Assembly (NCBI RefSeq): GCF_006345805.1
Contig: NC_043005.1
Coordinates: 23,684,001-23,748,000 of the forward strand
Origin: Octopus sinensis
Lineage: Eukaryota
DNA length: 64,000 nucleotides
Direction of reading: 5' to 3'
Position numbers and translations under genes: made by a program. Positions within the stretch are counted from its first letter, which is position 1. Each line of letters opens with the position of its first letter. Below the pieces are notes generated by a model, which was given only the letters and a program-made list of their open reading frames with translations, had not been told where the DNA came from and ran no database searches. This document shows, one piece after another, positions 23,792-36,034 of this stretch.

Positions 23792-24727
23792 TTGGGTTGG
23801 CAACTAAGTTCCCGCTGTTTTTTAATTAAAATTTTTAAAAGGTTTAATAAGAAATAACAACTAATTAATGAATAATGTATTCATCCTTCCGTAGAAGAAA
23901 AATTCAAATCGGACCATGTTAACACCAAAAATTATTTACATAAAAAAGTGCCTTCTTTCTATGAAAATCTCTATTTTTTACGATGTTTTGACTGCTGTGT
24001 CGCCATTTTTCGGTGTATATCACTTAAAGAGAATAATGTATTCATCCTTGTTGTTTACAACTACTTCCCAACGTTCAACAAGGTTTTCAATACCTCGTTG
24101 GTAGAAATCACCCGATTTCGACTTTGATCCAACTGGCACCATTTTTCGTCGCCTGTAACGATTCGCTAAAGAAATCGCTGCTTGTGTCCATGAGTTGAGC
24201 GGTAACGAGCAAGCAAACCAGCGGAGATTGTGTCTCGTTGATTTCTATAGCAATGTGGGAGCATTCCATTTTCTGTGCCAGTTCCCTTGTCGTTTGACGA
24301 AGATTTTCGTGCAAAAGTTGGTTTAATAGCAGCTAAAGAAACTCAACTGGACGGCCAGAACGAGGTGCATTTTTGAGGTCAAAAGTTCCATTTTTGCACT
24401 TGGCATACCAATCACGACCGGTTCTTTCAGCTATGGCACCGTCTCCATACTCAGCACAAATGTCGCGAGCAGCTTTTGCGGCCTTAGAACCTTGATTAAA
24501 AGCAAAAAGAAATATGTGTCGAAAATGCTCGTTTTTCTTAACTTGACATTCCATTTTAATGATCTGAAAATAAACAAAAATTAACTAAATTAACTAGAAA
24601 AAATAAGCAAAATAGATTCCAAAATGATTCAAAAATAAAATTCTCGAAAAAATAGATTCCAAAATTTAAAAACGCAATAAATTCCAAAATTTAAAAAAAA
24701 AACGGTGGGACTTAGTTGCCAACCCAA
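23792..24727 (-). mobile_element. Mariner transposon, internally deleted
   Basis: TIRs TTGGGTTGGCAACTAAGTTCCCGC / GGTGGGACTTAGTTGCCAACCCAA flanked by TA; transposase N-terminus HFRHIFLFAFNQGSKAAKAARDICAEYG...PRSGRP and QTTRELAQKM. Confidence 0.95.
23889..24030 (+). repeat. 142-bp insertion matching 27462-27603, flanked by a 19-bp duplication
   Basis: GAATAATGTATTCATCCTT at 23870-23888 and 24031-24049; ORFs 23916 and 27489 share an identical 40-aa translation. Confidence 0.93.
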
Positions 24728-24852
24728 TATATATGTGTATGTATCTATATGTATAATATAGATAATTTTTTTTCGAATCCAAAAATATGTCTAGACAGAA
24801 TATAATATCACAGCATTGGTCCTAGTCTTGTATATGTGTCCTATCTCTCTTT

Positions 24853-24934
24853 TCATCCTGACGAGAGGGTCATTACCGTGACATGCATCAATTGCAATCT
24901 AATGGTGATGTACTCCCGAAACAGCCATAGATGA
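24853..24934 (+). ncRNA. Decayed type I hammerhead ribozyme motif inside a fold-back mini-element (~24768-25200)
   Basis: TCATC-CTGACGA-gagggtcattacc...ggtgatgtactccc-GAAA-CAGCCA-TA-GATGA; stem I TCATC/GATGA; stem III looks like a mutated CAGCTG. Inverted segments at 24768-24803 and 24975-25010. Confidence 0.6.
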
Positions 24935-25192
24935 TATGTTTAGTTTGATAGGTGAATCCTTACTCTTGAAGTTCTATATTCTGTTTGGAAACATTTTTCG
25001 ATTCCAAAAATATTTTTTACGCATGGGTTATTACCTTTTGGTGTGAGTGAAATAAACATAACTTTTTAGTCGATTTATTCTTTGCTTACCCGCTTTCTCA
25101 ACTTTTTTAGCACCAAATATTTTTAGTATTTTAAAGTATTTTATAAATTTTTAGTCGTTTTCTGATGGAACGTTCATATACGTGCATTTTTT

Positions 25193-25228
<36 letters not shown>

Positions 25229-25477
25229 AACTTGGTGGCTTTCCGTATTTGTATGTCGTATATATTTTATATTTTGATTTACATATTATGAAAGCCGTGG
25301 TAATATTTATTTATATATGATGTGTGTTGGAGGTTTGATACCACATATAAAGTCGTTAACTCATTTTAATGTTTGTTCTATGACCAATGGTTATTATACT
25401 TGCCTCATTTATATGTTTTTTGCAGTCCTATTAACTCTTTGTCTCTTTTGAATGAAACTAGTTATTTCTTGACGTAT

Positions 25478-25524
<47 letters not shown>

Positions 25525-25843
25525 TATATATACACACACAATATATATATATAATACAATATATCTATCTATCTATCTATCTATCTCTCTCTATATATAA
25601 ATAATATATATACAGATAATATATATTATTATATATATGAATATACACACATATATATATATAATAAATATAGATATATATTATATATATATGTATATAA
25701 ATAATATGTATGTATAATAATATAATATGTATTATATATAATATATAAATATATATGATATATATATATAATATGTATATATATATAATACATAATTATA
25801 CATTATATATATATATACACACTCACACACACACACACGCACG

Positions 25844-25889
<46 letters not shown>

Positions 25890-25905
25890 ATATATGTATA
25901 TATGT

Positions 25906-26166
25906 ATCAAAATAAGCAACGTGGAGGATAGCTCTGCATTTAAATTGCTATAATGATTGCATTGTTCAATTAAATGGACCGCTGGAAATGGTCGCACTGC
26001 ATCACCTCTGGATATCCTGTTGCTTATTTTGATTTTATTCACATTATTTTGAAAATGTACGGATAATACCGCACTATTTTTTGTGCCTCAACTTAAGTAC
26101 CTAATTCATCTGAATCTCAATTATAGAACATATATGCATACATACATACATACATACATACATACA

Positions 26167-26202
<36 letters not shown>

Positions 26203-26574
26203 TAATATATATATATATATATAATATATATATATATATAATATATAATATACATATATATATTGTATATATATAATATGTATATATACATATATATATA
26301 TGAATATATATATTTAATTATACACAATATATATAAATAAATAAATATATATGTATAAGCAACGTGGAGGATAGCTTTGCATTTAAATTGTTGTAATGAT
26401 TGCATTGTTCAATTAAATGGAGCGCTTGAAACGGTCGCACTACATCACCTCTGGATATCCTGTTGCTTATTTTGATTTTATTCACCTTATTTTAAAATTG
26501 TATGGATAATACCGCACTAACTTTTGGTGCCTCAAACTACGCACCTAATTCATCTGAATCTCAATTATAGAACA
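25906..26574 (+). repeat. Two diverged direct copies (~220 bp; 25906-26130, 26355-26574) of a mini-element separated by microsatellite
   Basis: ATAAGCAACGTGGAGGATAGC...CTGAATCTCAATTATAGAACA occurs twice; the 5' end ATCAAAATAAGCAAC is the reverse complement of internal GTTGCTTATTTTGAT. Confidence 0.88.
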
Positions 26575-26683
26575 CACACACACACACACACACATATATA
26601 CGTACATGCGTATATATAATATATATATTATATAATATAATATATATATATATATAATATATATAACATACATATATATATAT

Positions 26684-26722
<39 letters not shown>

Positions 26723-27358
26723 TATCTAATATATACATATGATATATATGTCTATAATATGTATATATGATATATGTATAATATATATATGTATAATATA
26801 GATATGTATATATATTATAATATATATATATGTATAATATAGATATGTATAATATAGATATGTATAATATAGATATGTATATATATATATATAATATATA
26901 TATATATATATTATATATTATATATTATATATATATATATATAAAACTCAACTTGTGTGTCTGTATGTGTATCTGTGTGTGTGTCTGTGTGTTTAACTTC
27001 CCGGCACATCTCCTCCTAGCCAACAAATCGTAGAACCACCAAAAATGGGTCACTTAAAGTTTAGGCGAATGAAAATTCAACTGCGCTACTTCTGTTCCGA
27101 AATTCATCTCACAAGTGCAAAAATCGATAATGTGTTTGTTTAGGCCTTATCCCATGCATTGAATAGGGAACTTTACTCAGTCAGCTGTTTGACGTGAACT
27201 GTGTTCACCACGCGTGCAAGAATGCGTAAATTGCAGGAAAAATAAAAAATCAAGATATAAAAACGAATCGCCGTAAACATTGTAGAAATTCGGCAAAGAA
27301 ATGAATTTTCGGGATGTAGCTTGGAGAGTTTTTTCGTATTAATATATATACATATATA

Positions 27359-27403
<45 letters not shown>

Positions 27404-27718
27404 TACATATATACATATATATATATATGAGAGTATGGTAGAAGAAGGTTAACTCTTCCTTCCGTAGAAGAAAAATTCAAATCGGACCATGTTAACACCA
27501 AAAATTATTTACATAAAAAAGTGCCTTCTTTCTATGAAAATCTCTATTTTTTACGATGTTTTGACTGCTGTGTCGCCATTTTTCGGTGTATATCACTTAA
27601 AGAGAATAACAAGCTACATAATGCCAGCGGGGTGGCGTCATTCGAAGGCTAAAACAATGCGAACGCATTGTGACCAGTGATGTGTAACTACATCTGATGG
27701 ACTGGTCAGTCACGTGAT

Positions 27719-27761
<43 letters not shown>

Positions 27762-27996
27762 GTATATATATATGTATATATATATATATATTATATATAT
27801 ATATATATATATAATATATATATATATTATATATATGTATATATTAGAAGAAATGAGGTAATCAGAAGATCGGATTGTTCATATTTATAGATATTTATTT
27901 ATATATTACATTTTTTACATATATATATCATATCATTCAGATCATATCATTCAGATTATTAGTGCTTTCTCCCATTCTAGTGGGGTTTCAAATCAA

Positions 27997-28037
<41 letters not shown>

Positions 28038-28401
28038 ATATATATATATATACATGTATATATACAGTCGAATCCTGGTAAAAATCCAAGAAAATGTATG
28101 AAAAGCTACAAGATGGTTAAGCCCTGCAAAATAATACTTGAAGAATATGTGAGGCTTCGTTTTAGATAAGAAGTGTATCGGCTATTTACGAGCTCTCATT
28201 TGGCTGTTCGGGTCCCGAACCCCGATGTACTGACTCAAGCATTCTCATAAACACTGCATACGCATGTACGGGGATAAATGCATACAGACGCACACACATA
28301 CATACACATGCATATACACGCACGCACACATTTTCATATTTATATATATGTATATATGTGTGTGCGTGTGTAACAATTTATATATTTGCTTCATTTTGCA
28401 G

Positions 28402-28449
28402 GCAGCAACATAATTACTACGACTGAAACGCCTAAGGTTTTAAACACTG
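28402..28449 (+). CDS. 48-bp Thr-rich linker exon preceding SRCR domain 2
   Basis: tcattttgcag| acceptor, G|GTATGT donor, symmetric phase 1-1; reads (x)SNIITTTETPKVLNT(G), in frame with exon 29378. Confidence 0.75.
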
Positions 28450-29377
28450 GTATGTATTCTTCTTCTTCTTCTTCTTCTTCTTCTTCTTCTTGTATCTGTC
28501 TCTTGTTTGAAAATTTGTTTTTGACTTTCCGCTTGCAATACGTTTCATTCAAGTATTACGAATCGAAATTTTCTCAGAATTACCTGTAAACTGCATTATA
28601 ATTGCTTAAAGAAATAGAAAATGATATTTCTTTCACAAAGTTTTAGAATTCTGTTTAGACGCTACTTTTTCACATCCAAAATGGCTACCAGACATAACAA
28701 TGCAACACGACAAAGCACTTTAATAACTAATAAATCGACTCAAAGTCAAGGAAGACTACTAAATATACAAGAGGGAAAAGAAAATGAACGGATTAGTGAA
28801 CGATTAATAAAAGTGCCAAATATGCAAATGAGAGATTTGTAAGACATCGACTGCAATAATAACAACAATAGCCATAGCACTCCTTACACGTTTCCAAATA
28901 TTGTGGTCTGTCCATGTAACTGCTGTGTGAAGGCAATCATTCCATTAGTATAAAAAACGAGATTAAATTGATTAAATTTACTCTCACATCAACCAGTAAA
29001 ACAACCTCTTCTGGATATAACGAAACAAATCATCTCAATTGAAAAAGGCACTTTGTTTTTGCACCAAAGATGCACGAAAACCCGAAATTGAAATTCCTTT
29101 CACTATACATGATCTTACACTCTTCGTTTCTTTTGTCTCCTATCATCATGTCTGCTCTCCTTTTACTTTTACTCTCCTATCTGGGTGCTATCTATGATTC
29201 ATAGTGACCATCTCTCATTTTCTCCTTGTAACGATGATACTGTATTTCCTCCTCTAAGTCACACATCAGATTATTTTAGTTTGCCTCCATCCCTTGTTTT
29301 AATTATTATTTTCCGTGTTATTCGGTATCCTTGTTCAATAATAATTAAATTTATTTTTTCTTAATTTCAAACACTAG

Positions 29378-29525
29378 GAAATGGTTCGGGAGTGCGACTA
29401 GTTGGAGGTGACAACAATACCCATGGCCGTGTTGAAGTGTTCCATGAAGGAATATGGGGCACTATCTGTGATGACTGGTGGGATGTACGAAATGCTATCG
29501 TGGTGTGCCGCATGATCGGATTTAG
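29378..29525 (+). CDS. SRCR domain 2, N-terminal half exon
   Basis: acactag| acceptor, AG|GTAAG donor; reads [49 protein letters not shown]; same intron position and phase as exon 3416-3551. Confidence 0.95.
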
Positions 29526-29772
29526 GTAAGATTGTTGATAACGATGTCTAGCAACGCTGGTGCTGGTTGAGTGTTCTTTGAAACGGCGTTTATGTTGGTG
29601 GTGTCAGAGTGATATAGGGATTGATATACTTAAAGGATTCTACCTTCATCGCTTACTTCAAAGAGCCTAATAACGTTTGTGTATATTTCTGTGATGATAA
29701 TGATTACATAGTGAAAAAAAATCCCCTCAAAATGTTGTGAGAAAATACGAAATGTAAATGAAAACCAAATTA

Positions 29773-30358
29773 AACTAGAAAAGCACTCGGAGAGCGCAGA
29801 CCTCCGCCAAGCAGCTCATTTCCACCCATATACACAATTTCCCAAACCTACGCCGGCAAAAACATAACCTCCTTGGTGGGGGTAAAAAAAAATAACACAG
29901 CCGTATGATTTTAAAAAATCCCTTTAAAAACATGAATCATCTAAAGCAGTTATAATGCATCAATGACAACAGGAAGCTAGTTTCACCATACAACTAAAAT
30001 GAAACAATTACCTAAAACTTGAGTGATACACACACAACAAATAAAATTATTAATAAAGAAACGAAAATAAACTTTGGAAACAGCAGCGCCACCATAGGTT
30101 ACGTGGAAACGATGAACGTGTTTTCAAGGAAGATAATCAAAGAATGAAACATTGTAATACTTCATGTAAAGTAAATATAACTAATGAAAATTCCTTCAAG
30201 AATCCATAAAAATTCCCGGATCACTACCAAAATTTCATCATCTTTTTCTTATGTCATTACCAACTTTTCTTGCAAGTTTCATCAAATACCGTCCACAACT
30301 TTTTGAGCTATTTTGCACACAGACCAACGTCGATGAAAACATAACCTCCTTCCTTGGA
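29773..30358. mobile_element. Non-autonomous Helentron/HINE-like or MITE fragments (29773-29884 and ~30215-30358)
   Basis: AACTAGAAAAGCACTCGGAGAGCGCAGACCTCCGCCAAG ... AAAACATAACCTCCTTGGTGGGGGTAA with subterminal inverted repeat ACCTCCGCCAAG/CTTGG.GG.GGT; the second fragment ends in the same AAAACATAACCTCCTT. The class assignment is inferred. Confidence 0.55.
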
Positions 30359-30781
30359 CGATTCGAACAGAAAATCATACTTAAACAACCACTTGAATGT
30401 TTTCTAAACTGAATTTAAAAAAAAAAAAAAAAAAACAAGCCCCAAAAAGGAAGCAGACAGTAGAAGTTTTTAATATGAAGACAAAACAAAAGAAGAAAAT
30501 AATGAATAAAATGTAATCATAATTCAAGTGGAATGTCAAATAAAATAAAGAAACAATTCATTTCTAAATCTCTGAGAAATTTATGCATTAGCAGCACGAT
30601 AAAGTGACAGCATGTTGTCAACTCAATATGACAGTCCCATAAAAGGGAAGAGTGCTATTGTTGTTTAGCCCTAGGAAACACCGTTTCTTGTTGGACTTGA
30701 CACATTTCCTGTGTCCTTATGTTTTCAAGGTGGAGACAAGCATCTCCACCCAGCAAAACCAGCATCCAGAGACTAGTTTCT

Positions 30782-30995
30782 TTTCTACTCTAGGCACAAA
30801 GCCAGAAATTTTTTGGAGAGGGGCACCAGTCGATTAGATCGACCCCAGTACGCAACGGGCACTTAATCTGTCGACCCCCGAAAGGATGAAAGGCAAAGCC
30901 TACCTCGGCGGAATTTGAACTCAGAACGTAAAGACAGACGAAATACTGCTTAGCTTTTCACCCGGTGTGCTAACGATTCTGCCAGCTCACCGCCT
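30782..30995 (-). mobile_element. SINE family B
   Basis: GACCCCCGAAAGGATGAAAGGCAAAG...CTCGGCGGAATTTGAACTCAGAACG...GATTCTGCCAGCTCACCGCCTT (head on the minus strand). Confidence 0.88.
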
Positions 30996-32504
30996 TTAAA
31001 TAAAGAAACAATTGACAAAAATATCTCTCCGTCGTCGGTCACGTGGACGCTAGTATAGCTATATTGAAATGTTCGATTCGCAACCAAGTGCTTTCGAGTT
31101 CGATAACTCTGTCAATCCAGGCAGGTATCTTCTACCGTAGTTTCTAGTTGACCAATACTTCTTTGGTGAAATTAGCTCCATCATATATCTACATCTGTCT
31201 GTCTGTTTGTCTCTTTATATATGTATGTTTCTTTTAACCCCTTCTCTTCTAAATGTGTAAACGTTTCGTTGGCGTATGTTATCGAAAGATATAAACGTCA
31301 GAGACAATCTGACAAAACAGAGTTTTTGAGCTAAAATACCATGTAATATTAATTTCCTTTGTTAACCTTGTATCAAAATTAGAAACCAAATTAGTTCTGT
31401 CTGAGTTACGCAATCATTTATTTCTTCCTTCTGTCAGCGTAAATACATGGAAGTAATAATTAGACTATTGCGAACCTGTAAGCATGGCGCTATCGTTCAC
31501 AAAATGGGATATGAAGTGAATATATCGTTGCTATTATGTTAAACTGTCGTATATCAATATTTGTCTAAATGCGTTTTTTTCAGTATTGATTTTTGCTTGC
31601 AATAGCCGGTTCTTTTGGTCAAACTATCGTACTCCAGCTGCTTCGGATGCCAAGATATCAAAAATTGTCACAGTATAGTACAACGGTTTTGCGGTGAAAG
31701 GTGAAACTTTTCGTTTTCTGAGAAAGCAACGTTTTGGACTTACGACACTTTTGCATAATAGCAACGATATAAATAAGACTTACGTCTTCTCTTGGACTTA
31801 CAACTCCAAATGACGTAATATGAGCGTCATCGTAACATATGACATGCTTTGGGCATATCTAACCGGTTGGAACTAATCCATCTCTAGTTTCAACACAACT
31901 GTTTTTTTAAAGAGAGAATACAAGTGAAGGAGAAGAAACAACCTTTGTATTAGACTGGTACGTTGACGTCGAAAGGAAGAAGGGTAAAGTTGGCCTTAGC
32001 GGGTTTGAGTCAAAGAGTCAAAACGAATACTGCAAAGCAATCTATCTCACGCTTTAGTGATTCTACCAACTCGCTATTTTTATATAAAACCGGATAAAGA
32101 GGGAATGTACAATTATGAAAACCAAGAAGAGTTCAAAAACTCTTGACTAAAGGTAGAAAGTTCAGAAGCTATGGACTAAAGGTCTGATTTTAACTATAGA
32201 ATATCAATTCTTAGCCACACAAAATATACGAAAATAAAATAAGATTTGGCCGGCGTCAACTGCAAACCGTGGATTAAACATAAAGAAAGAATTGACCGTA
32301 TCATTTCATGTAACACATTCCTTAAAAAAAAAGCAGTATATATCTGCAGACACGAACAATTTTGTAAATATGTAGACACATTTCACCCGGCAAAAAAGGA
32401 CTATGTTATTCTGGTGCACATCTGTCTCAAAAGTTATCAAAGAAGTACCCATATTATGTGCGAGCTCTTCAGAATGTGGAGGATAAGTTTGATACTAATA
32501 ATGT

Positions 32505-32720
32505 TTTCTAATTTTGGTAAAAGGCCTGTAATATTGAGAAGGGTAAGTCGATTACATCGATCTCAGTATTTGAGTGATACTTTATTTTATCGATCCCGAA
32601 CGGATGAAAGGCAAAGGTGACCTCGGCGGGATTTGCGCTCAGAGCGTAAGGCGTTTCAGAACGTAAGGCGTTTCAGAACGTAAGGCGTTTCATCCGACTT
32701 CGTAAATGATTCTGTCCGTT
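32505..32720 (-). mobile_element. SINE family B with an internal 17-bp triplication
   Basis: Family B core plus (AGAACGTAAGGCGTTTC) three times, first copy with one mismatch. Confidence 0.8.
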
Positions 32721-33777
32721 CACTATCTCAAAATTGATACCAGTAATATTAGAAATACTAAGCTCAATTTTTCAAACTTACACCCGGCTTTGACTACAGC
32801 TACAGATAAACATGGAGACCATATAAAAACTTAATACTTTATAAATATATTACAGTTTGCCAGTAATAGTGTTATAGATTTTCAATATGCCAATTAGCGA
32901 AATTGATAAAGGAGTGTTCTGCAACTCGAATAAAACAAATACCACAATACAATTGTTGTTCGAAAGTGGCGGTTTAGGACTAAGTGTAATATCACGTTAC
33001 TACATTAAAAATATATTGCAATTTGTCAACGATATTGTTATTTGTTTATAAGTTTTCAACACTTGTTCATTGTATTTAGGATGGTTATATTGACAAAAGT
33101 CGCGACAAATATTACAAAGCATTTGTTGTTTGAAAGTGGGATGTCATATCACTTTATAAGTAAACTTCGTTTCTGAATGACAAAGGGGAAAAGCAGCCTT
33201 ACAACAAAATTGAATATTGTTAAAAATAAAAAATATATACAAACTCTATAGTAGCTATAATTAACACTATACAACTGAAACACTAAAAAATCTGAACACA
33301 TTGCAGAAGAATCCTCCCAGTAAAGACATACAATATTAAAACTTTCAAAAATATTCCAGTATCTGCAGATTATGATTTACAGATTGGCTGATTCTACTAA
33401 CCGACACATGAAGTACCAAAAGATTCAACTCGAATAAACCAAATCACAATTTAAGCTAGATGCGGATTGAGAGATATGAACTATTTGCATAGGAGATAAA
33501 ACATTTGTGGGCAATGAAAAAGGTTTGAGGTAATCTCATTTGTAGTCGTAGCACTTGGTACTGTAAGCAACAGAAATGAAAACTACTTAAAAAAATTGGG
33601 GAAATATCAGAGTGGGACATTACATCCCTTGAAACTGCTAGAATACTCAGAAAATTGTTTGACAAGTAAACGTGTCACCCCAGTCCACTGTTTGTGGACA
33701 ACTAACACCCGTATTACATCATCAGTAACAAATGCTCTTGCGACAAGCAGAATAATAATAATAATAATAATAATAAT

Positions 33778-34160
33778 GGTTTCAAATATTGGCACCAGGT
33801 TACCAATATCGGGGAAGGAGATATGTCGATTATATCGACTCCAGTGCTTGACCGGTACTTATTTTATCGACCCTGAAAGAAAGGCAAAGTCAAGATCAGC
33901 AGAATTTGAACTCTGAACGTAAAGCTGGACAAAATGCCGCGAAGCATTTCCCCCGACGTGCTAACGATTCTGCCAGCTCGCTGCCTTTGACTTGGCTTCA
34001 AATTTTGACACAAGACCAGCAATTTAAGAGAGCGGTGTAAGTTTATTACATCGACGCCAGCGCTCAACTGATACTTATTTCACTAACTCCAAAAGAACTA
34101 AAGGCAAAACTTACTTTGGTAGAATTTGAACTCGGAACATAAAGGCCGACAAAATACCAG
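33778..34160 (-). mobile_element. Two adjacent SINE family B copies
   Basis: GGTTTCAAATATTGGCACCAGG...GAATTTGAACTCTGAACG...CTGCCAGCTCGCTGCCTT, followed by a second GGCTTCAAATTTTGACACAAGACC...GAATTTGAACTCGGAAC. Confidence 0.82.
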
Positions 34161-35532
34161 ACGCAGAGAGAAACCATGAGTTACAAATCAAATGAAAAAT
34201 TAGATGCTGAGTACAGAAGATCTTACATAAAATGCTACTTGAGTAATGTTTAAATAGAATGTTTAGAGAATGTAAGAAGGTTATGAACAAAGAAGTAATA
34301 AATATTATAGTGGAACACCAAATGTTGTTTGGGGAGGAACACCATGGCGACGGGGTGATTGATAAGGGTCAGTCTTTTCCACTTGGGTGAAACAAATACC
34401 ACAATGTAAATTTTGCTTGAAAGCAAATAAACAGAAAGATCATATATTTACTGGAAAATATAAGATTTAAGTAACGAAGACTGATTCGTATTTACGTTTT
34501 TAGGTTGAAGCCTAAGCAAGCAAAACTGATTAGCTACTTTTTCATGTCAAAAATAGCTACTAAAACTTCCCCTTCGAGGTGGCACGCCCTATCACCGAAG
34601 CTGTAACTATGTGGTAGCAAAGTAAAATTCTTAGATTAATAATGAAACAACAATCTTTGTATTGTAACAAACAATATTCTCTCCTACTTGATCCACGACA
34701 TTCAAAACCCACCCGTGAATCATTGTCGCTCAGAAGAAGTGCGATGACTCTGTTCTGGAAATCCCGATCTCGCTGATGGTTGTCACATCTATATGTAGTA
34801 AGCTAAATTCTTTAAGCAAGTAACTTTACTTTCAGAGCCACCACAGATCATGTGCATTTATACTATCCGCTTTTAGTATCGCCGTGTTGGACATAGCAAT
34901 AGTGAGAGAGATCTCTTTATTTTGGGACCTAAGTCGGCTGCTCTGACGATCGCCGTCAAGCACTGACGGAATGCTTTGTATAGAATTAAGTGGATTAGAG
35001 CCTGACCAAAGTCAGGTTTATAACTCATTAACTACTATGCATTAATACTAGTTACTTCTGATTTAGGTACCAGCAATTTTGAAAAGAAGGGATTATTTGA
35101 TACCATCTATTCGAGTACTTGATTATTACTTTATTTTGTTGACTCCGAAAAGATGAAAGGCAAAGTTGACCCCAGTTGGGTTTGAACTCAGACTATAAAA
35201 AAATGGAACAAAGCTGCAAAGTAGTTTTCCGATGCTTTTACGGCTCTGTACCAGGAAATAGCAATACTTAGAATTGTAGAGGTTATGAAATCAGTCTCAC
35301 ACTAAATTTGTTAAACATTTTTATGCATATTTCCCGGATAATCCGAACTAGTTTTGACATAAGAGAAGAATCTCTTCAAGTATTTATGAAACTACCAATA
35401 ATAAAATAGTCTTGATGTGTTATCTATGAAACTACGAATACTAAAAGTAACATTAAAATTGATGATAATGCTAATAAATATTGCTGTTTGTTTTCTTCTT
35501 ACCAAAGTTCTATTTTTCTTTCCTAAATTCAG

Positions 35533-35692
35533 TACTGGCAAAGAACATAAGCCAACGCCTGGAGACGGTCCTATATGGTTAGATGACGTGAAATGTAAAG
35601 GATGGGAAGAAAAGATATCTGACTGTGACAGGAAAAACTGGGGTGATCACGACTGCTTCCACAACGAGGATGCCGGTGTTATATGTCAGTAA
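35533..35692 (+). CDS. SRCR domain 2, C-terminal half, probable terminal exon
   Basis: ttttctttcctaaattcag| acceptor in phase 2; reads STGKEHKPTPGDGPIWLDDVKCKGWEEKISDCDRKNWGDHDCFHNEDAGVICQ* (TAA 35690-35692). Confidence 0.93.
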
Positions 35693-35799
35693 AATAATTT
35701 CAAAATGGTTTTTCCCATTATGGTTATTAAAATACTTATTAAAAGTAATATAAATGGATAAACATGCATGGATAAACGTATTATAACATTTTAATGGCG

Positions 35800-35805
35800 A
35801 ATAAA
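35800..35805 (+). terminator. Candidate polyadenylation signal of the SRCR gene
   Basis: AATAAA ~110 nt after the stop codon; context is AT-rich, so a chance match is possible. Confidence 0.35.
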
Positions 35806-36034
35806 ATATATTTACTCTGCTCATTTCAGACAATTCCATTGCTTGTTAGAAAGGCATTAACGCCATAACTGTACATTCATGTTGGCATTGGTGAAAACGA
35901 AGCATTAGTTAAATATATAAATAAAAACGATATTAACCACAGAACTAAGATACGAATTGGACACATACACATGCATTCATGTACAACAAAGCATGAATCA
36001 GATGTACAGAATTAAAAAGCCTGAAAGTAATTAA

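Noticed and set aside
34938-34975. CTGACGA followed by hairpin CCGTCA/TGACGG
   Set aside because: No GAAA box or stem III follows; probably chance.
35417-35532. Hydrophobic N-terminus of ORF 35417..35692 resembling a signal peptide
   Set aside because: It is intron sequence including the polypyrimidine tract upstream of the acceptor at 35531-35532; SRCR similarity starts only after it.
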